A stretch of DNA of 64,000 bases from an uncultured Eubacteriales bacterium (GTDB lineage Bacteria; Bacillota; Clostridia; Oscillospirales; UBA644), in the NCBI GenBank assembly GCA_934438175.1, contig CAKSBH010000002.1, positions 47,406 to 111,405 on the forward strand. The letters are read 5' to 3'. Positions 10,588 through 23,151 of this stretch are shown here, in pieces. The position numbers and the translations under genes are program-made. Under the pieces are notes generated by a model. That model saw only the letters and a list, made by a program, of their open reading frames with translations. It had not been told where the DNA came from and made no database searches. Positions within the stretch are counted from its first letter, which is position 1. Every line of letters starts with the position of its first letter.

Positions 10588-11703
10588 ATGATTATCCGGA
10601 AACTGATTCTGAAGAATTTCCGAAACATCGAGCAGCAGGAACTCTGTTTTTCCGACGGGGTAAATATTCTTACGGGAGATAATGCCCAGGGAAAAACAAA
10701 CATCATCGAAGCGCTTTGGCTGTTTTCCGCTTTCAAATCGTTCCGTACCACCAACGAAAAAGATTTTATCCGATACGGAAGTGAATTTGCCCGGCTGGAT
10801 CTGACATTTGAAAAAGACGGGCGGCTGTCGGAGGGACTTCTTAAATATTATACGGAAAAACGTCGGGAAATTTTTCTGAACGGAATCCGGCGCAAACCGA
10901 GTGAAATGATGGGAACGGTTTTGCATGTGATGTTTTTTCCGGAGCATCTCAATCTGATAAAAGAGGGCCCGGAAGAACGCCGGAGATTCATTGATTTCGC
11001 GGTTTGTCAGTTGTATCCGCATTATTTTACTTTGCTTTCTTCTTATAATAAAACACTGTTTCAGCGCAATCATGTGCTGAAAAGCGAAGATTCTTCCATG
11101 CGGAAAACGCTGGATGTCTGGGACGAAAAGCTTGCCGCGCTCGGTGCCAGAATTTACGGAACACGGCGGAAATACATTCGTCTTCTGGAAGAAAATGCCA
11201 TGCCGGTTACGGAAGAAATTTCCGGAGGTCATGAGAAGCTTTCTCTTGTATACCGAAGCTTTGCGGATGCGGATGAAGAAAACGAAGCAAAAGCAGAACT
11301 GAAAAAACAACTTGCCGAACAGAGAGACCGTGATTTTCTTTCCGGTTTTACCGGCGTCGGTCCGCATAAAGACAATCTGGAAATTCTTCTGAACGGGCGG
11401 CTGGCGCGTTCGTTCGGGTCACAGGGACAGCAACGCTCTGCCGTTATGGCATTGAAGCTGGCAGAAACGGAAATTATCCGTGATGTATACGGAGAAGCTC
11501 CCGTTCTTCTGTTTGACGATGTGTTTTCGGAGCTTGACCGTTTCCGGAAGGAATATATCGTATCCCGGATACGGGACAAACAGGTGATTGTGACTTCCTG
11601 CGAGGAAATGAGCGATTTCGGCAAAGCAAAAGTATTTGATGTTCGGAACGGAAAGGCGGAGGAACGGCATGTATCTTCACATCGGTCTGAATTATCTGAT
11701 TAA
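10588..11703 (+). CDS. recF: DNA replication and repair protein RecF
   Basis: Walker A GDNAQGKTNIIEA, ABC-type signature SQGQQRSAVMALKLAE, Walker B LLFDDVFSELD. Confidence 0.93.
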   Translation: MIIRKLILKNFRNIEQQELCFSDGVNILTGDNAQGKTNIIEALWLFSAFKSFRTTNEKDFIRYGSEFARLDLTFEKDGRLSEGLLKYYTEKRREIFLNGIRRKPSEMMGTVLHVMFFPEHLNLIKEGPEERRRFIDFAVCQLYPHYFTLLSSYNKTLFQRNHVLKSEDSSMRKTLDVWDEKLAALGARIYGTRRKYIRLLEENAMPVTEEISGGHEKLSLVYRSFADADEENEAKAELKKQLAEQRDRDFLSGFTGVGPHKDNLEILLNGRLARSFGSQGQQRSAVMALKLAETEIIRDVYGEAPVLLFDDVFSELDRFRKEYIVSRIRDKQVIVTSCEEMSDFGKAKVFDVRNGKAEERHVSSHRSELSD

Positions 11704-11935
11704 AACCAAATACATTGTCGGAATTTTTGATATGGAAAACACCACCACAAGTTCAATTACCAAACGATTTCTGGCAGATGCGGAAAAGTTCGGAGAAGTG
11801 GTCAGCGCAACGCAGGAAATTCCGAAATCCTTTGTGGTTTATAAAGAAAAGAAAAAAACGACGGTTTATTTATCGCAATTTTCTACGGCGACGCTTCAGA
11901 AGCGAAGTGTCACGGGAAAGATAGACTGGAAATGA
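11669..11935 (+). CDS. DUF370 family protein (RemB/YaaB-like) between recF and gyrB
   Basis: MYLHIGLNYLIKTKYIVGIFDMENTTTS matches DUF370 N-terminus; GGAGG RBS; overlaps recF 3' end by ~35 nt in another frame; ORF track start 11636 rejected. Confidence 0.7.
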   Translation: MYLHIGLNYLIKTKYIVGIFDMENTTTSSITKRFLADAEKFGEVVSATQEIPKSFVVYKEKKKTTVYLSQFSTATLQKRSVTGKIDWK

Positions 11936-13885
<1,950 letters not shown>

Positions 13886-13899
13886 GGAGGTGACGGAAT

Positions 13900-16434
13900 A
13901 TGGCGAAGCCAAAGAAGACAGACTATAATCCGGAGGAAATCCGTTTTCCGGATCAGGTCATCACCACAAGCGAACTTGTTCAGGAAATGAAAACAAGTTA
14001 TATTGAATACGCAATGTCTGTCATCGTGGGACGTGCGCTTCCGGATGTCCGGGACGGTCTGAAGCCGGTGCATCGGCGCATTCTGTATGCGATGTACGAA
14101 GACGGACTGACACGGGATAAGCCGTTCCGCAAATGTGCTACCGCTGTCGGTGACGTTCTGGGTCGGTATCATCCGCACGGCGATGCGTCCGTGTACGATG
14201 CCCTGGTACGTCTGGCACAGGATTTTTCCATGAGGTATCCGCTGATCGACGGTCACGGAAACTTCGGTTCTGTGGATGGAGACCCCCCCGCTGCTTATCG
14301 GTATACAGAAGCGAGAATGGCGAGAATTTCCGATGAAATGCTGCGGGATATCGAAAAAGATACCGTTGACTGGGACCCGAACTTTGACGAAACACGGAAA
14401 GAACCCCGTGTTCTTCCTTCGCGGTTTCCCAACCTGTTGGTCAACGGGTCTTCCGGAATTGCCGTTGGTATGGCAACCAACATTCCTCCGCACAATCTGC
14501 GGGAGGTTATCGATGCTGCCGTTTATGTGATCGATCACAGTGATGCCACCGTGGACGATCTGATGCAGATTCTGCACGGTCCGGATTTCCCGACACGCGG
14601 CATCATTCTGGGCAGACGCGGTATCCGGGAAGCGTATGAGACCGGACGCGGGAAGATCCTTGTCCGTGCCCGCGCAGAACTGGAAGAATACGGAAACGAC
14701 CGGGTCCGCATTGTTGTTCACGAACTTCCGTACCAGGTAAACAAGCGGATGCTGATCAAAAACATGGCGGATCAGGTTCATGAAAAGAAACTGGACGGCA
14801 TTGTGGATATCCGGGAAGAATCCGACCGGACGGGCATGCGGATTGTTATTGAGCTGCGCCGGGATGTCAACCCGCAGGTCATGCTGAACAAACTGTATGC
14901 GCAAACGCAGATGCAGGTTACCTTTGCCATCAACATGCTGGCACTGGTTGACAATCAGTCTCAGCCGAGAATTCTTTCTCTGAAAAAGATTCTGGAAGAG
15001 TACATCACCTTTCAGAAAGATCTGATTCTTCGCCGTACGCGCTTTCTTCTGAAAAAAGCGCAGGAGCGTGCGCATTTGCTGGAAGGTCTTCTCATTGCGC
15101 AGGAAAACATCGATGAGGTTATCCGCATCATCCGCAATTCTTACGATGATGCCAAAGAGAACCTGATGAACCGGTTCGGACTGTCCGATGTGCAGGCATC
15201 GGCGATTCTGGAAATGCGCCTGAAAGCGTTGCAGGGACTGGAAGAAGAAAAACTCCGTGCGGAATATCAGGAACTGGAAGAAAAGATTGCGTATTACAAC
15301 CGGATTCTTGCCGAAGATTCTTTGGTTGTGGAAATTCTCAAGCAGGAACTGACGGAGATCCGGGATAAATACGGAGACGACCGTCTGACCGAGATTCAGG
15401 ATTCCGAAAGCGATCTTCTGGATGAGGATCTGATTGAACGCAAAACCTGCGTGTATACGCTGACGCATTGCGGCTATATCAAACGCCAGCCGGAAGATGT
15501 TTATCGGGTGCAGCGCCGTGGCGGTCGCGGCATTTCTGCCATGACGACCAAGGAAGAGGATTTTGCGGAAGAGCTGTTCATCGGTTCCACGCACGATTAT
15601 CTTATGCTGTTTACCAACAAAGGGAAAGTTCAGCGCCTGCGCGGCTTTGAAATTCCCGAAACCTCCCGTCAGGCAAAGGGTACGAACCTGGTCAATCTGC
15701 TGCAGTTGGAAACGGGCGAAAAAGTAACCGCTATGGTTGTGGTAAACGATCTGACCGAAGAAGGCGTCTATTTCAATATGGTTACCCGCAACGGCATTAC
15801 CAAACGTACGCCGGTAAGCGAATACAAAAACATCCGCCGGTCCGGACTGATTGCCATTAATCTGGACGAGGGCGATGAACTGGTTTCGGTGTGCCTTACT
15901 TACGGAAACGACCGGATTCTGGTGGCAACTAACGCCGGAATGGCGATCGAATATGACGAGGGGCAGGTGTCGGTCGTCGGCAGAACGGCAAGAGGCGTGA
16001 AAGCCATCCGGCTGAACAAGGGCGACTTTGTTGTCGGTTCGGTTGTGGTGGACGACACCCGCAAGTTGTTGACCGTAACGGCAAACGGCTTCGGCAAACG
16101 CTCGGAATTCGGAGAATTCTCCACGCAGAACCGCGGCGGTATGGGTGTGCGTTGCCAGAAAATTTCCGATAAGACCGGTGAAATGATCGGCATCCGTTCC
16201 GTTTCGGATGATGAAGACCTGCTGATCATTTCGTCTGACGGAGTGCTGATCCGTATGAAGGTTTCGGAAATTCCGACTTACGGAAGAAGTTCTTCCGGCG
16301 TTCGCGTGATGCGGCTTTCGGAGGGTCTTTGTGTTGTGAATATTGCATCGGTTCCCGTAGCCGTCGACGAAGAGCCGGAGACGGAAGAAGCCGAAGAAGA
16401 TGGAACGAGAGAGGTTGAACAAAACAATGAATAA
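13900..16434 (+). CDS. gyrA: DNA gyrase subunit A
   Basis: 844 aa; [29 protein letters not shown], active-site Tyr region, C-terminal beta-pinwheel repeats. Confidence 0.97.
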   Translation: MAKPKKTDYNPEEIRFPDQVITTSELVQEMKTSYIEYAMSVIVGRALPDVRDGLKPVHRRILYAMYEDGLTRDKPFRKCATAVGDVLGRYHPHGDASVYDALVRLAQDFSMRYPLIDGHGNFGSVDGDPPAAYRYTEARMARISDEMLRDIEKDTVDWDPNFDETRKEPRVLPSRFPNLLVNGSSGIAVGMATNIPPHNLREVIDAAVYVIDHSDATVDDLMQILHGPDFPTRGIILGRRGIREAYETGRGKILVRARAELEEYGNDRVRIVVHELPYQVNKRMLIKNMADQVHEKKLDGIVDIREESDRTGMRIVIELRRDVNPQVMLNKLYAQTQMQVTFAINMLALVDNQSQPRILSLKKILEEYITFQKDLILRRTRFLLKKAQERAHLLEGLLIAQENIDEVIRIIRNSYDDAKENLMNRFGLSDVQASAILEMRLKALQGLEEEKLRAEYQELEEKIAYYNRILAEDSLVVEILKQELTEIRDKYGDDRLTEIQDSESDLLDEDLIERKTCVYTLTHCGYIKRQPEDVYRVQRRGGRGISAMTTKEEDFAEELFIGSTHDYLMLFTNKGKVQRLRGFEIPETSRQAKGTNLVNLLQLETGEKVTAMVVVNDLTEEGVYFNMVTRNGITKRTPVSEYKNIRRSGLIAINLDEGDELVSVCLTYGNDRILVATNAGMAIEYDEGQVSVVGRTARGVKAIRLNKGDFVVGSVVVDDTRKLLTVTANGFGKRSEFGEFSTQNRGGMGVRCQKISDKTGEMIGIRSVSDDEDLLIISSDGVLIRMKVSEIPTYGRSSSGVRVMRLSEGLCVVNIASVPVAVDEEPETEEAEEDGTREVEQNNE

Positions 16435-17806
16435 TACGGAAAAGAAGATGGACGATATCGTAAATCTCTGCAAAGCCCGCGGCTTTGTCTATCCGGGCTC
16501 GGAGATTTACGGAGGGCTTTCCAACACCTGGGACTACGGTCCGCTCGGTGTGGAACTGAAAAACAACATCAAACGCTGCTGGTGGAAGAAGTTTGTTCAG
16601 GAAAGCGAGTACAACGTCGGGCTTGATGCCGCCATTCTGATGAACCCGCAGGTCTGGGTCGCTTCCGGTCATATCGGCGGTTTTTCGGATCCGCTGATGG
16701 ACTGCAAGGATTGTAAGACCCGTCACCGCGCCGACAAATTGCTGGAAGATCTCGGTGTGGACTGCAACGGATGGACGAATGAGCAGCTGACGGAATATAT
16801 AAAAGAAAACCATGTCAAATGTCCGGTTTGCGGAAGCACCAATTTTACCGATATCCGCAAATTCAACCTGATGTTCAAAACCTTCCAGGGGGTTACGGAG
16901 GATTCCAAGAGCGAACTGTATCTGCGTCCGGAAACGGCACAGGGCATTTTTGTGGATTTCAAAAGCGTTCAGCGCACCACCCGCAAGAAGCTTCCGTTCG
17001 GCATCGGTCAGATCGGAAAAAGCTTCCGCAATGAGATCACGCCGGGCAACTTCATTTTCCGTGTGCGTGAGTTTGAGCAGATGGAGCTGGAGTTCTTCTG
17101 CAAGCCGGGAACAGACCTGGAATGGTTTGACTACTGGCGCACGTTCTGCCACAATTTTCTGCTTTCGCTGGGGCTGAAAGAGGAGAACCTGCGCCTGCGG
17201 GATCATTCGCCGGAAGAACTGTGCTTTTATTCCAAAGCAACGACCGATTTTGAGTTTCTGTTCCCGTTCGGATGGGGCGAACTCTGGGGTGTGGCGGATC
17301 GTACCGATTATGACCTTTCGCAGCATCAGAAAACCTCCGGTCAGGATATGACGTATTTTGATACGGAAACAAACGAACATTATATTCCGTACGTTATTGA
17401 GCCGTCACTCGGCGTGGAGCGCACTTTCCTGTCCGTTCTCTGCGATGCTTACGACGAAGAAATCGTAGACCCCGAAAAGAACGATAAACGTGTGGTTCTG
17501 CATTTGCATCCGGCATTGGCTCCCATCAAGGCGGCGGTTCTGCCTCTGTCCAAAAAACTGAATGAACAGGCGGAAGAAGTGTTCCACACCCTGCGTAAAA
17601 AGTTCAACGTGGATTTTGACGACGCGGGCTCGATCGGAAAACGGTATCGCCGTTACGACGAGATCGGCACGCCGCTTTGCGTGACGTTCGACTTTGATTC
17701 TCTGGAAGATCACTGCGTAACCGTCCGCGACCGTGATACGATGCAGCAGGTTCGTATGCCCATCGATCAACTGGAGGTATATATCGCCGAAAAGACCGAA
17801 TTCTGA
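16427..17806 (+). CDS. glyQS: glycine--tRNA ligase (dimeric class II, GlyQS type)
   Basis: [22 protein letters not shown] motif; start ATG overlaps gyrA stop (ATGAATAA). Confidence 0.9.
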   Translation: MNNTEKKMDDIVNLCKARGFVYPGSEIYGGLSNTWDYGPLGVELKNNIKRCWWKKFVQESEYNVGLDAAILMNPQVWVASGHIGGFSDPLMDCKDCKTRHRADKLLEDLGVDCNGWTNEQLTEYIKENHVKCPVCGSTNFTDIRKFNLMFKTFQGVTEDSKSELYLRPETAQGIFVDFKSVQRTTRKKLPFGIGQIGKSFRNEITPGNFIFRVREFEQMELEFFCKPGTDLEWFDYWRTFCHNFLLSLGLKEENLRLRDHSPEELCFYSKATTDFEFLFPFGWGELWGVADRTDYDLSQHQKTSGQDMTYFDTETNEHYIPYVIEPSLGVERTFLSVLCDAYDEEIVDPEKNDKRVVLHLHPALAPIKAAVLPLSKKLNEQAEEVFHTLRKKFNVDFDDAGSIGKRYRRYDEIGTPLCVTFDFDSLEDHCVTVRDRDTMQQVRMPIDQLEVYIAEKTEF

Positions 17807-17867
17807 CGTTTGTCTGTTGTTTTCAGAAAAAATCTTAATAACAGACAGACAGAAAGAGGAATGATTC

Positions 17868-18974
17868 ATGATTATTTTGGACGAATACCGTCTGAAGACG
17901 GAAGCCCTTCGCCGGGATGCCGAAGAACTCGGCAAGGTTATCGACATTGAGAAACTGAAGAGCCGGCAGAAGGAAATTGAGGAAATTTCGGCAGACCCGA
18001 ATTTCTGGAACGATGCGGAAGAATCCCGCAAGATTTTGACCGAGCAGAAAAAAATAAAGGCGAAGATTACGGAATACGAAAAGCTTTTGACCCTCTGCGA
18101 TGATGCGGAAACTCTGGTGGCATTGGCGGCAGATGAAGCGGAAGGGGCTTTGGATAACGACATCCGCGCGGCGGTCTCCGCTGTGGAAAACGAACTGGAG
18201 AAGCAGCGTCTGGAAACGCTGCTGACCGGGGAATTTGATGCCAACAACGCCATTATTTCCATTCATGCCGGCGCCGGCGGAACGGAGGCGCAGGACTGGG
18301 CGCTGATGCTGTTCCGGATGTATACCCGGTACGGGGAACGTGCCGGATTCAAGGTAAAAGTTGTGGATATGCTGGACGGCGACGGTGCCGGGATCAAAAG
18401 CGGTACGCTGGTTCTGGAGGGCGAAAACGCTTACGGGTATCTCAAATCCGAAAACGGTGTTCATCGTTTGGTCCGGGTGTCTCCGTTTGATGCGGCGGGA
18501 AGACGGCAGACCTCGTTTGCCTCCGTGGAAGTGATGCCGGAAATTGACGATGAATCCAACAACATCGTCATCCGTGAGGAAGACATCGAGGTTACGGCGC
18601 ACCGGTCCTCCGGCGCGGGCGGTCAGCACATCAACAAAACCGATTCCGCCATCCGCATTCTGCACAAGCCCACCGGAATCGTGGTTGGCTGTCAGACCGA
18701 GCGTTCGCAGAAGCAGAATAAGGAAACGGCGCTTCGGATGCTGAAGTCCAAGTTGGTGGAGATCAAAGAAAAAGAACATCTTGAAAAAATCGAAGATATC
18801 AAGGGCGTACAGATGAAGATTGAATGGGGCTCGCAGATCCGTTCTTATGTTTTTATGCCCTACACACTGGTGAAAGATCATCGCACCGATTTTGAAATGG
18901 GCAATGTCAATGCTGTAATGGACGGCGACATCGAGGGCTTTATTGACGCTTATCTGCGGCACATCAAAAAATAA
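17868..18974 (+). CDS. prfB: peptide chain release factor 2 (single uninterrupted ORF, no programmed frameshift)
   Basis: SPF tripeptide (VRVSPFDAAGRR) and GGQ (SGAGGQHINKTDSA); 368 aa continuous from ATG with AGAGGA RBS. Confidence 0.88.
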   Translation: MIILDEYRLKTEALRRDAEELGKVIDIEKLKSRQKEIEEISADPNFWNDAEESRKILTEQKKIKAKITEYEKLLTLCDDAETLVALAADEAEGALDNDIRAAVSAVENELEKQRLETLLTGEFDANNAIISIHAGAGGTEAQDWALMLFRMYTRYGERAGFKVKVVDMLDGDGAGIKSGTLVLEGENAYGYLKSENGVHRLVRVSPFDAAGRRQTSFASVEVMPEIDDESNNIVIREEDIEVTAHRSSGAGGQHINKTDSAIRILHKPTGIVVGCQTERSQKQNKETALRMLKSKLVEIKEKEHLEKIEDIKGVQMKIEWGSQIRSYVFMPYTLVKDHRTDFEMGNVNAVMDGDIEGFIDAYLRHIKK

Positions 18975-19822
18975 TGGAACTGACAAAACTTTCGGATATT
19001 CGTCCGCTGATGGAACGGTACGGATTTTCCTTTTCCAAAGCATTGGGACAGAATTTTCTGATCTCCCGTGAGATTCCCGTCCGGATCGCCGAAAGTGCGG
19101 CTCTTACCAAGGATTCTCTGGCTCTGGAAATCGGTCCCGGCGTGGGATGTCTGACCCGGGAGTTGGCTCTTCGGGCGGGAGCGGTACGCGCTGTTGAACT
19201 GGACCAACGCCTGCTTCCGCTTTTGGGCGAAACGCTGGAAGAGTTTGACAATGTGACCGTGATTCACGGAGATGCTATGAAGGTGGATTTTGCCGCTCTG
19301 TGCGAGGGATATGCGGATGTTGTGGTTTGTGCCAATCTTCCGTACTACATTACCACGCCGATTCTGATGCGGTTGCTGGAAAATCGCCTTCCGGTCCGGT
19401 CTGTTACCGTAATGGTGCAGAAGGAGGTTGCGGCACGGCTCTGTGCCTCGGCGGGTACGCCGGAATACGGTGCCATTACGGCGTCCGTGCAATATTACAC
19501 GCAGCCCAGGACGCTGTTCGGTGTTCCTTCCGGGTGCTTTTACCCCGCACCGAAGGTGGATTCTGCCGTGATCCGGCTTTCTCCGGTTCCTCCGCGTCTG
19601 AGTCCGGAGGAAGAACGGGTGTTTTTCCGATTGGTCCGTTCCGGATTCTCTCAACGCCGTAAAACGTTTGCCAATGCGGCATCTTCGGAATTCGGAATGA
19701 CCCGGGCAGAATTTGCACAGCTTCTTATTGCGGAGGGCTTTTCTGCGGATATGCGGGCGGAAAAAGCATCCGTTGCGGATTTTATGAAATTGGCGAAAGC
19801 CATAAAGGAGAAAACAACATGA
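18974..19822 (+). CDS. rsmA: 16S rRNA (adenine1518/1519-N6)-dimethyltransferase
   Basis: KsgA motifs LGQNFL, EIGPGVG SAM-binding; start overlaps prfB stop (TAATG). Confidence 0.92.
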   Translation: MELTKLSDIRPLMERYGFSFSKALGQNFLISREIPVRIAESAALTKDSLALEIGPGVGCLTRELALRAGAVRAVELDQRLLPLLGETLEEFDNVTVIHGDAMKVDFAALCEGYADVVVCANLPYYITTPILMRLLENRLPVRSVTVMVQKEVAARLCASAGTPEYGAITASVQYYTQPRTLFGVPSGCFYPAPKVDSAVIRLSPVPPRLSPEEERVFFRLVRSGFSQRRKTFANAASSEFGMTRAEFAQLLIAEGFSADMRAEKASVADFMKLAKAIKEKTT

Positions 19823-20247
19823 TTCTGGAATTCGGCGCTTGCCGTGTCGATGTGGATACGGAAGCAACCAAAGCGTTTTACGAAACGGCACCGACCACTA
19901 CGCAGAAATGCGACTGCATCGATTGCCGCAACTATGAAAAATACACGGAATATCTTTCTCCCAAGGTGGAGACGTTTTTTACATCTCTGGGGATAAATGC
20001 CGCCAAGAGCGCGGAGATGCGTGCCGTGGATACCTCCAATGCCGATGTCATTGTTTATGAGGGAACTTACGTTTTTGTCGGAACGGTTCTTGCCGGCGCC
20101 GGTGAAGAGATTGCGCTTACCCGCAATTTCAAGGTTACGTTTGCTTCCGAGACAATTCCTTCCGAATCCGGACTTCCGGCAAATGCTGCGGAGATTCGTA
20201 TTTCGGCAAATGTTCCCTGGGTTCTGACGGTAAAGAATCCGTATTGA
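19819..20247 (+). CDS. hypothetical protein (142 aa, CxCxxC motif), translationally coupled to rsmA
   Basis: ATGA overlap with rsmA stop; no recognisable domain; followed by strong terminator. Confidence 0.5.
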   Translation: MILEFGACRVDVDTEATKAFYETAPTTTQKCDCIDCRNYEKYTEYLSPKVETFFTSLGINAAKSAEMRAVDTSNADVIVYEGTYVFVGTVLAGAGEEIALTRNFKVTFASETIPSESGLPANAAEIRISANVPWVLTVKNPY

Positions 20248-20260
20248 AAAAAGAAAAAAG

Positions 20261-20295
20261 AACGAGGCGACTGATCAGGTCGCCTCGTTTTCTTC
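20261..20295. terminator. bidirectional rho-independent terminator between convergent genes
   Basis: AACGAGGCGAC-TGATCAG-GTCGCCTCGTT hairpin flanked by A-run upstream and T-run downstream; overlaps stop codon of minus-strand ykgJ-like gene. Confidence 0.7.
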
Positions 20296-20604
20296 TTCAT
20301 TTTTAATGGTAACGTAGGTATGAATCAACGCCCGGGTCTCCTCTTCGGATAAAAACCGTTCCGGCACGCAGTCTTCGCAACGCAGAATCTCGCTGGTGCC
20401 GTAGATGCGGCAGACCAAAGGCCGGTTTTCGTACACGGCACATTTTCTGTCTATCAGATGGCAGCAGGCACCGTCCCGGTATTCATACCCGCCCATTGCT
20501 TTTTGCTCTTCCGGCGTTGCCTGAATGACAAACGTGCAGCAGGCAAAGCAACCGTCCTTACAGCGGGAACGGGGAATGTCCCGGTAAAGCTCTCGTTCTT
20601 TCAT
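20275..20604 (-). CDS. YkgJ-family cysteine-cluster protein (CxxCxxCC putative zinc/iron-chelating domain)
   Basis: CKDGCFACC motif plus downstream Cys pairs; GGGAGGAGA RBS; start at internal ATG (ORF track 20667). Confidence 0.65.
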   Translation of the reverse strand: MKERELYRDIPRSRCKDGCFACCTFVIQATPEEQKAMGGYEYRDGACCHLIDRKCAVYENRPLVCRIYGTSEILRCEDCVPERFLSEEETRALIHTYVTIKNEEENEAT

Positions 20605-20636
20605 CGATGTCTCCTCCCGGAAAGATTTTTTCGCGG

Positions 20637-21473
20637 TCAGCCCCTCCGCAGGGCACCGATGCCGCAACAGATGCCGAAGACGGAAAGATCCGTCAGAACC
20701 ACGGTGGAACCGACCGGTGTGTCCAGCAGAATGGCGGCAAGAATTCCCACGACCGTGCCGAATACAGAAAGGAGAACCGCACAGACCGTGACGGAGAAAA
20801 AGCTTTTGAACAGCCGCATGGCGGAAAGCGCCGGGAAAATGATAAGTGCGGAAACCAGCAGCGCACCGACAAGCTTCATTGCCAGCACGATGACAACGCC
20901 CGTGATAACAGCAAGAAGGAGGTTGTAGGATTCCGCATTCGTCCCGGTTGCGGTGGCAAACGTTTCGTCAAACGTGACGGCGAACAGCTTTTGATAGAAA
21001 AACACAAACACCAGAAGGACCGCAACGGAAATTCCGACGGAGATCCAGACCTCCTGTGTTGTCAACGAAAGAAATTCCGTTCCTCCGAACAGCGTTCCGC
21101 ATACATCTCCGCTCATGTTTCCGGAAACGGGAAACAGGCTCATCAGAAGATATCCCGCTGCCAGCATGCCTACGGAGATCATGGCAACCGCAGCGTCGCC
21201 TTTGACACGGGATGCGGAATTGGTTTTGAGCAACAGAATGGCGGCGAGTACCGTAACGGGCAGAACCAGGTAAAGATTGTCGGTCAATCCGACAACGCCG
21301 GCAACCGCCATTGCTCCGAATGCTACGTGGGAGAGTCCGTCGCCGATCATCGAAAATCGCTTCAGCACCAGGGAAACGCCCAGAAGCGAAGCGCAGACCG
21401 TAACGGCAATTCCGACAATCAGCGAATTCTGTACAAAGGTGAGAGAAAGATATTCTCCGAGTTTTTCAAACAT
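20637..21473 (-). CDS. znuB: metal (zinc/manganese) ABC transporter permease, ABC-3 family
   Basis: ~8 TM helices, ABC-3 family fold; start MFEKLGEYLS overlaps znuC stop. Confidence 0.85.
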   Translation of the reverse strand: MFEKLGEYLSLTFVQNSLIVGIAVTVCASLLGVSLVLKRFSMIGDGLSHVAFGAMAVAGVVGLTDNLYLVLPVTVLAAILLLKTNSASRVKGDAAVAMISVGMLAAGYLLMSLFPVSGNMSGDVCGTLFGGTEFLSLTTQEVWISVGISVAVLLVFVFFYQKLFAVTFDETFATATGTNAESYNLLLAVITGVVIVLAMKLVGALLVSALIIFPALSAMRLFKSFFSVTVCAVLLSVFGTVVGILAAILLDTPVGSTVVLTDLSVFGICCGIGALRRG

Positions 21474-22164
21474 GAGAATCCTCCCCCGTTTCTTCCAGCC
21501 GTCTGCGGTATTCTTCCCGCGTCCCGAAAAACACAAACGAGCCGATGTGCAGAATGTGTGAGGCGCACGTCATGGCGGAGGAAAGATCGTGGGAGATCAT
21601 TACAACCGTCATGTTTTCGTCCCTGTTCAGGGTTTCTGTTACCTTATACAGTTCTTTGGTGACGGCAGAATCCAGCGATGCGGCGGGCTCGTCCAGAAAC
21701 AGCATTCTGCGGGCGGCGCAAAGGGCTCTTGCCAAAAGGACCCGTTGCTGCTGCCCGCCGGAAAGCTCCCGGAAACAACGGTTTTCAAGATCCCGTACGG
21801 AAAGACGCTCCATGTTGCGTTCCGCACATTTTTTTTCTTCTTTGGTGTAAAACGGGCGCAATCCCGCATGCCCCGCACAGCCGGACAGAACGATCTCCCG
21901 CACGGATGCCGGGAAATCCTTGGAAACGGCTGTCCGTTGCGGCAAATAGCCGATATCCTTACGGGTCAGCCCCTCGTCATAGAGAATTTTTCCCTTTGCC
22001 GGCGCCTTCAGCCCGAGCAACGCTTTCATCAGGGTGGTCTTTCCGGAGCCGTTTTCGCCCAGGATACAAAGATAATTGCCCTCTTCCACCGAAAAGTTCA
22101 GATCGGACACAACAGAATGCCCCTCATAAGAAAGAGAAAGCGATTCGCAGCGAATCAGGGACAT
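21466..22164 (-). CDS. znuC: metal ABC transporter ATP-binding protein
   Basis: Walker A GENGSGKTTLMKAL, signature LSGGQQQRVLLARAL, Walker B LFLDEP; start MSLIRCESL with AAAGGAG RBS. Confidence 0.88.
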   Translation of the reverse strand: MSLIRCESLSLSYEGHSVVSDLNFSVEEGNYLCILGENGSGKTTLMKALLGLKAPAKGKILYDEGLTRKDIGYLPQRTAVSKDFPASVREIVLSGCAGHAGLRPFYTKEEKKCAERNMERLSVRDLENRCFRELSGGQQQRVLLARALCAARRMLFLDEPAASLDSAVTKELYKVTETLNRDENMTVVMISHDLSSAMTCASHILHIGSFVFFGTREEYRRRLEETGEDSHV

Positions 22165-23138
22165 GAGGATTCCAACGCTCCTTTCAGTTCGGTCAGATTC
22201 CGTTCCATGACAGAACGGTAGGTCAGCCCGTTTTCGATTTCCTTTCGGGTGACGGATTGCAGCGAATTCATGGTTCGCAGCGTAAGGTTGCTTCTTCCGC
22301 AAAGAGAGCACAGGGTGTCGGAAATCCGCACGGCGGAATGCTCCAGAACAAGCAGGGAGGTAACATCGTATTCGTTTATTTTATCCGCCAGGGTGCGGAG
22401 ATTTTCGTAAGACGTGGAGGTTTCGGTAGAGCAACCCGGGAAAGCCGCAAAATACGGAATGCGGTATGCTCCCAAAAGATATTGAAACGGAAAACGGTCG
22501 GCAAAGATTACCGCTTTCTTGCCTGCGGTTTCCGCGACCTCTGCATAACGGGTGTCCAGTGCTTCCAGCTGTCGGAGATATTGTTCCGCGTTTTTGCGGA
22601 AGATGTCTGCATGGGATGCGTCCAGCCGCTCCAGTTCCGGCACAAGCGCCCGACAGAACGCCATGGCGTTTTTGAGCGAAAGCCAAAGGTGTTCGTCGTA
22701 TTCTTCTTCGTGCCCGTGTCCGTGTTCGGATTCTTCCTTCATGCCCTCGGTTTCCTGTTCTTCCCGTTTTTCAACGGCGGTATCAAAAAATGTGAGCGTA
22801 TGGCGTGCGGGCGAGGAATCCGGATCGTTCAGCATGTCTTTCAGCCATGCATCGGAAGAGCCGCCGACGTACAGAAACAGGTCGCAGGTGAGAATGTCCC
22901 GCTTGTCCCGGGCGGTAAAAGCGTTTTTATAACTGTGGATATCTTCACCGTTTTCCGGCAGATAAACAATGGAAAACCGTTCGGCTTCTTCGCCCAGGAT
23001 CTCCCGCACAAAATCGTAGGCAGCAAAGACGGAGCAGACGATCTTCGGCTTTTGATTTGTTTGCGAGGCAACGCAGCCGCCCAGTATAAGAACAGAAAAA
23101 CAGAGAAGAAAAACAAAAGAAAGCAGTTTTCGGAACAT
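22155..23138 (-). CDS. znuA: metal ABC transporter substrate-binding lipoprotein (ZnuA/AdcA/TroA family) with His-rich loop
   Basis: lipobox LILGGC after signal peptide; His/acidic loop ESEHGHGHEEEYDEH typical of zinc-binding ZnuA; AAGGAGAG RBS. Confidence 0.85.
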   Translation of the reverse strand: MFRKLLSFVFLLCFSVLILGGCVASQTNQKPKIVCSVFAAYDFVREILGEEAERFSIVYLPENGEDIHSYKNAFTARDKRDILTCDLFLYVGGSSDAWLKDMLNDPDSSPARHTLTFFDTAVEKREEQETEGMKEESEHGHGHEEEYDEHLWLSLKNAMAFCRALVPELERLDASHADIFRKNAEQYLRQLEALDTRYAEVAETAGKKAVIFADRFPFQYLLGAYRIPYFAAFPGCSTETSTSYENLRTLADKINEYDVTSLLVLEHSAVRISDTLCSLCGRSNLTLRTMNSLQSVTRKEIENGLTYRSVMERNLTELKGALESSCP

Positions 23139-23151
23139 GGACTCTCCTTCT

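Noticed and set aside
16400-16426. Upstream glyQS start at 16400 (MERERLNK) from the ORF track
   Set aside because: It would overlap the gyrA C-terminus by 35 nt. The ATG at 16427 overlaps the gyrA stop in the usual ATGA-type coupling and aligns with the GlyQS N-terminus.
17835-19043. 402-aa minus-strand ORF (and 17405-18262)
   Set aside because: Antisense to prfB/glyQS, which are clearly real.
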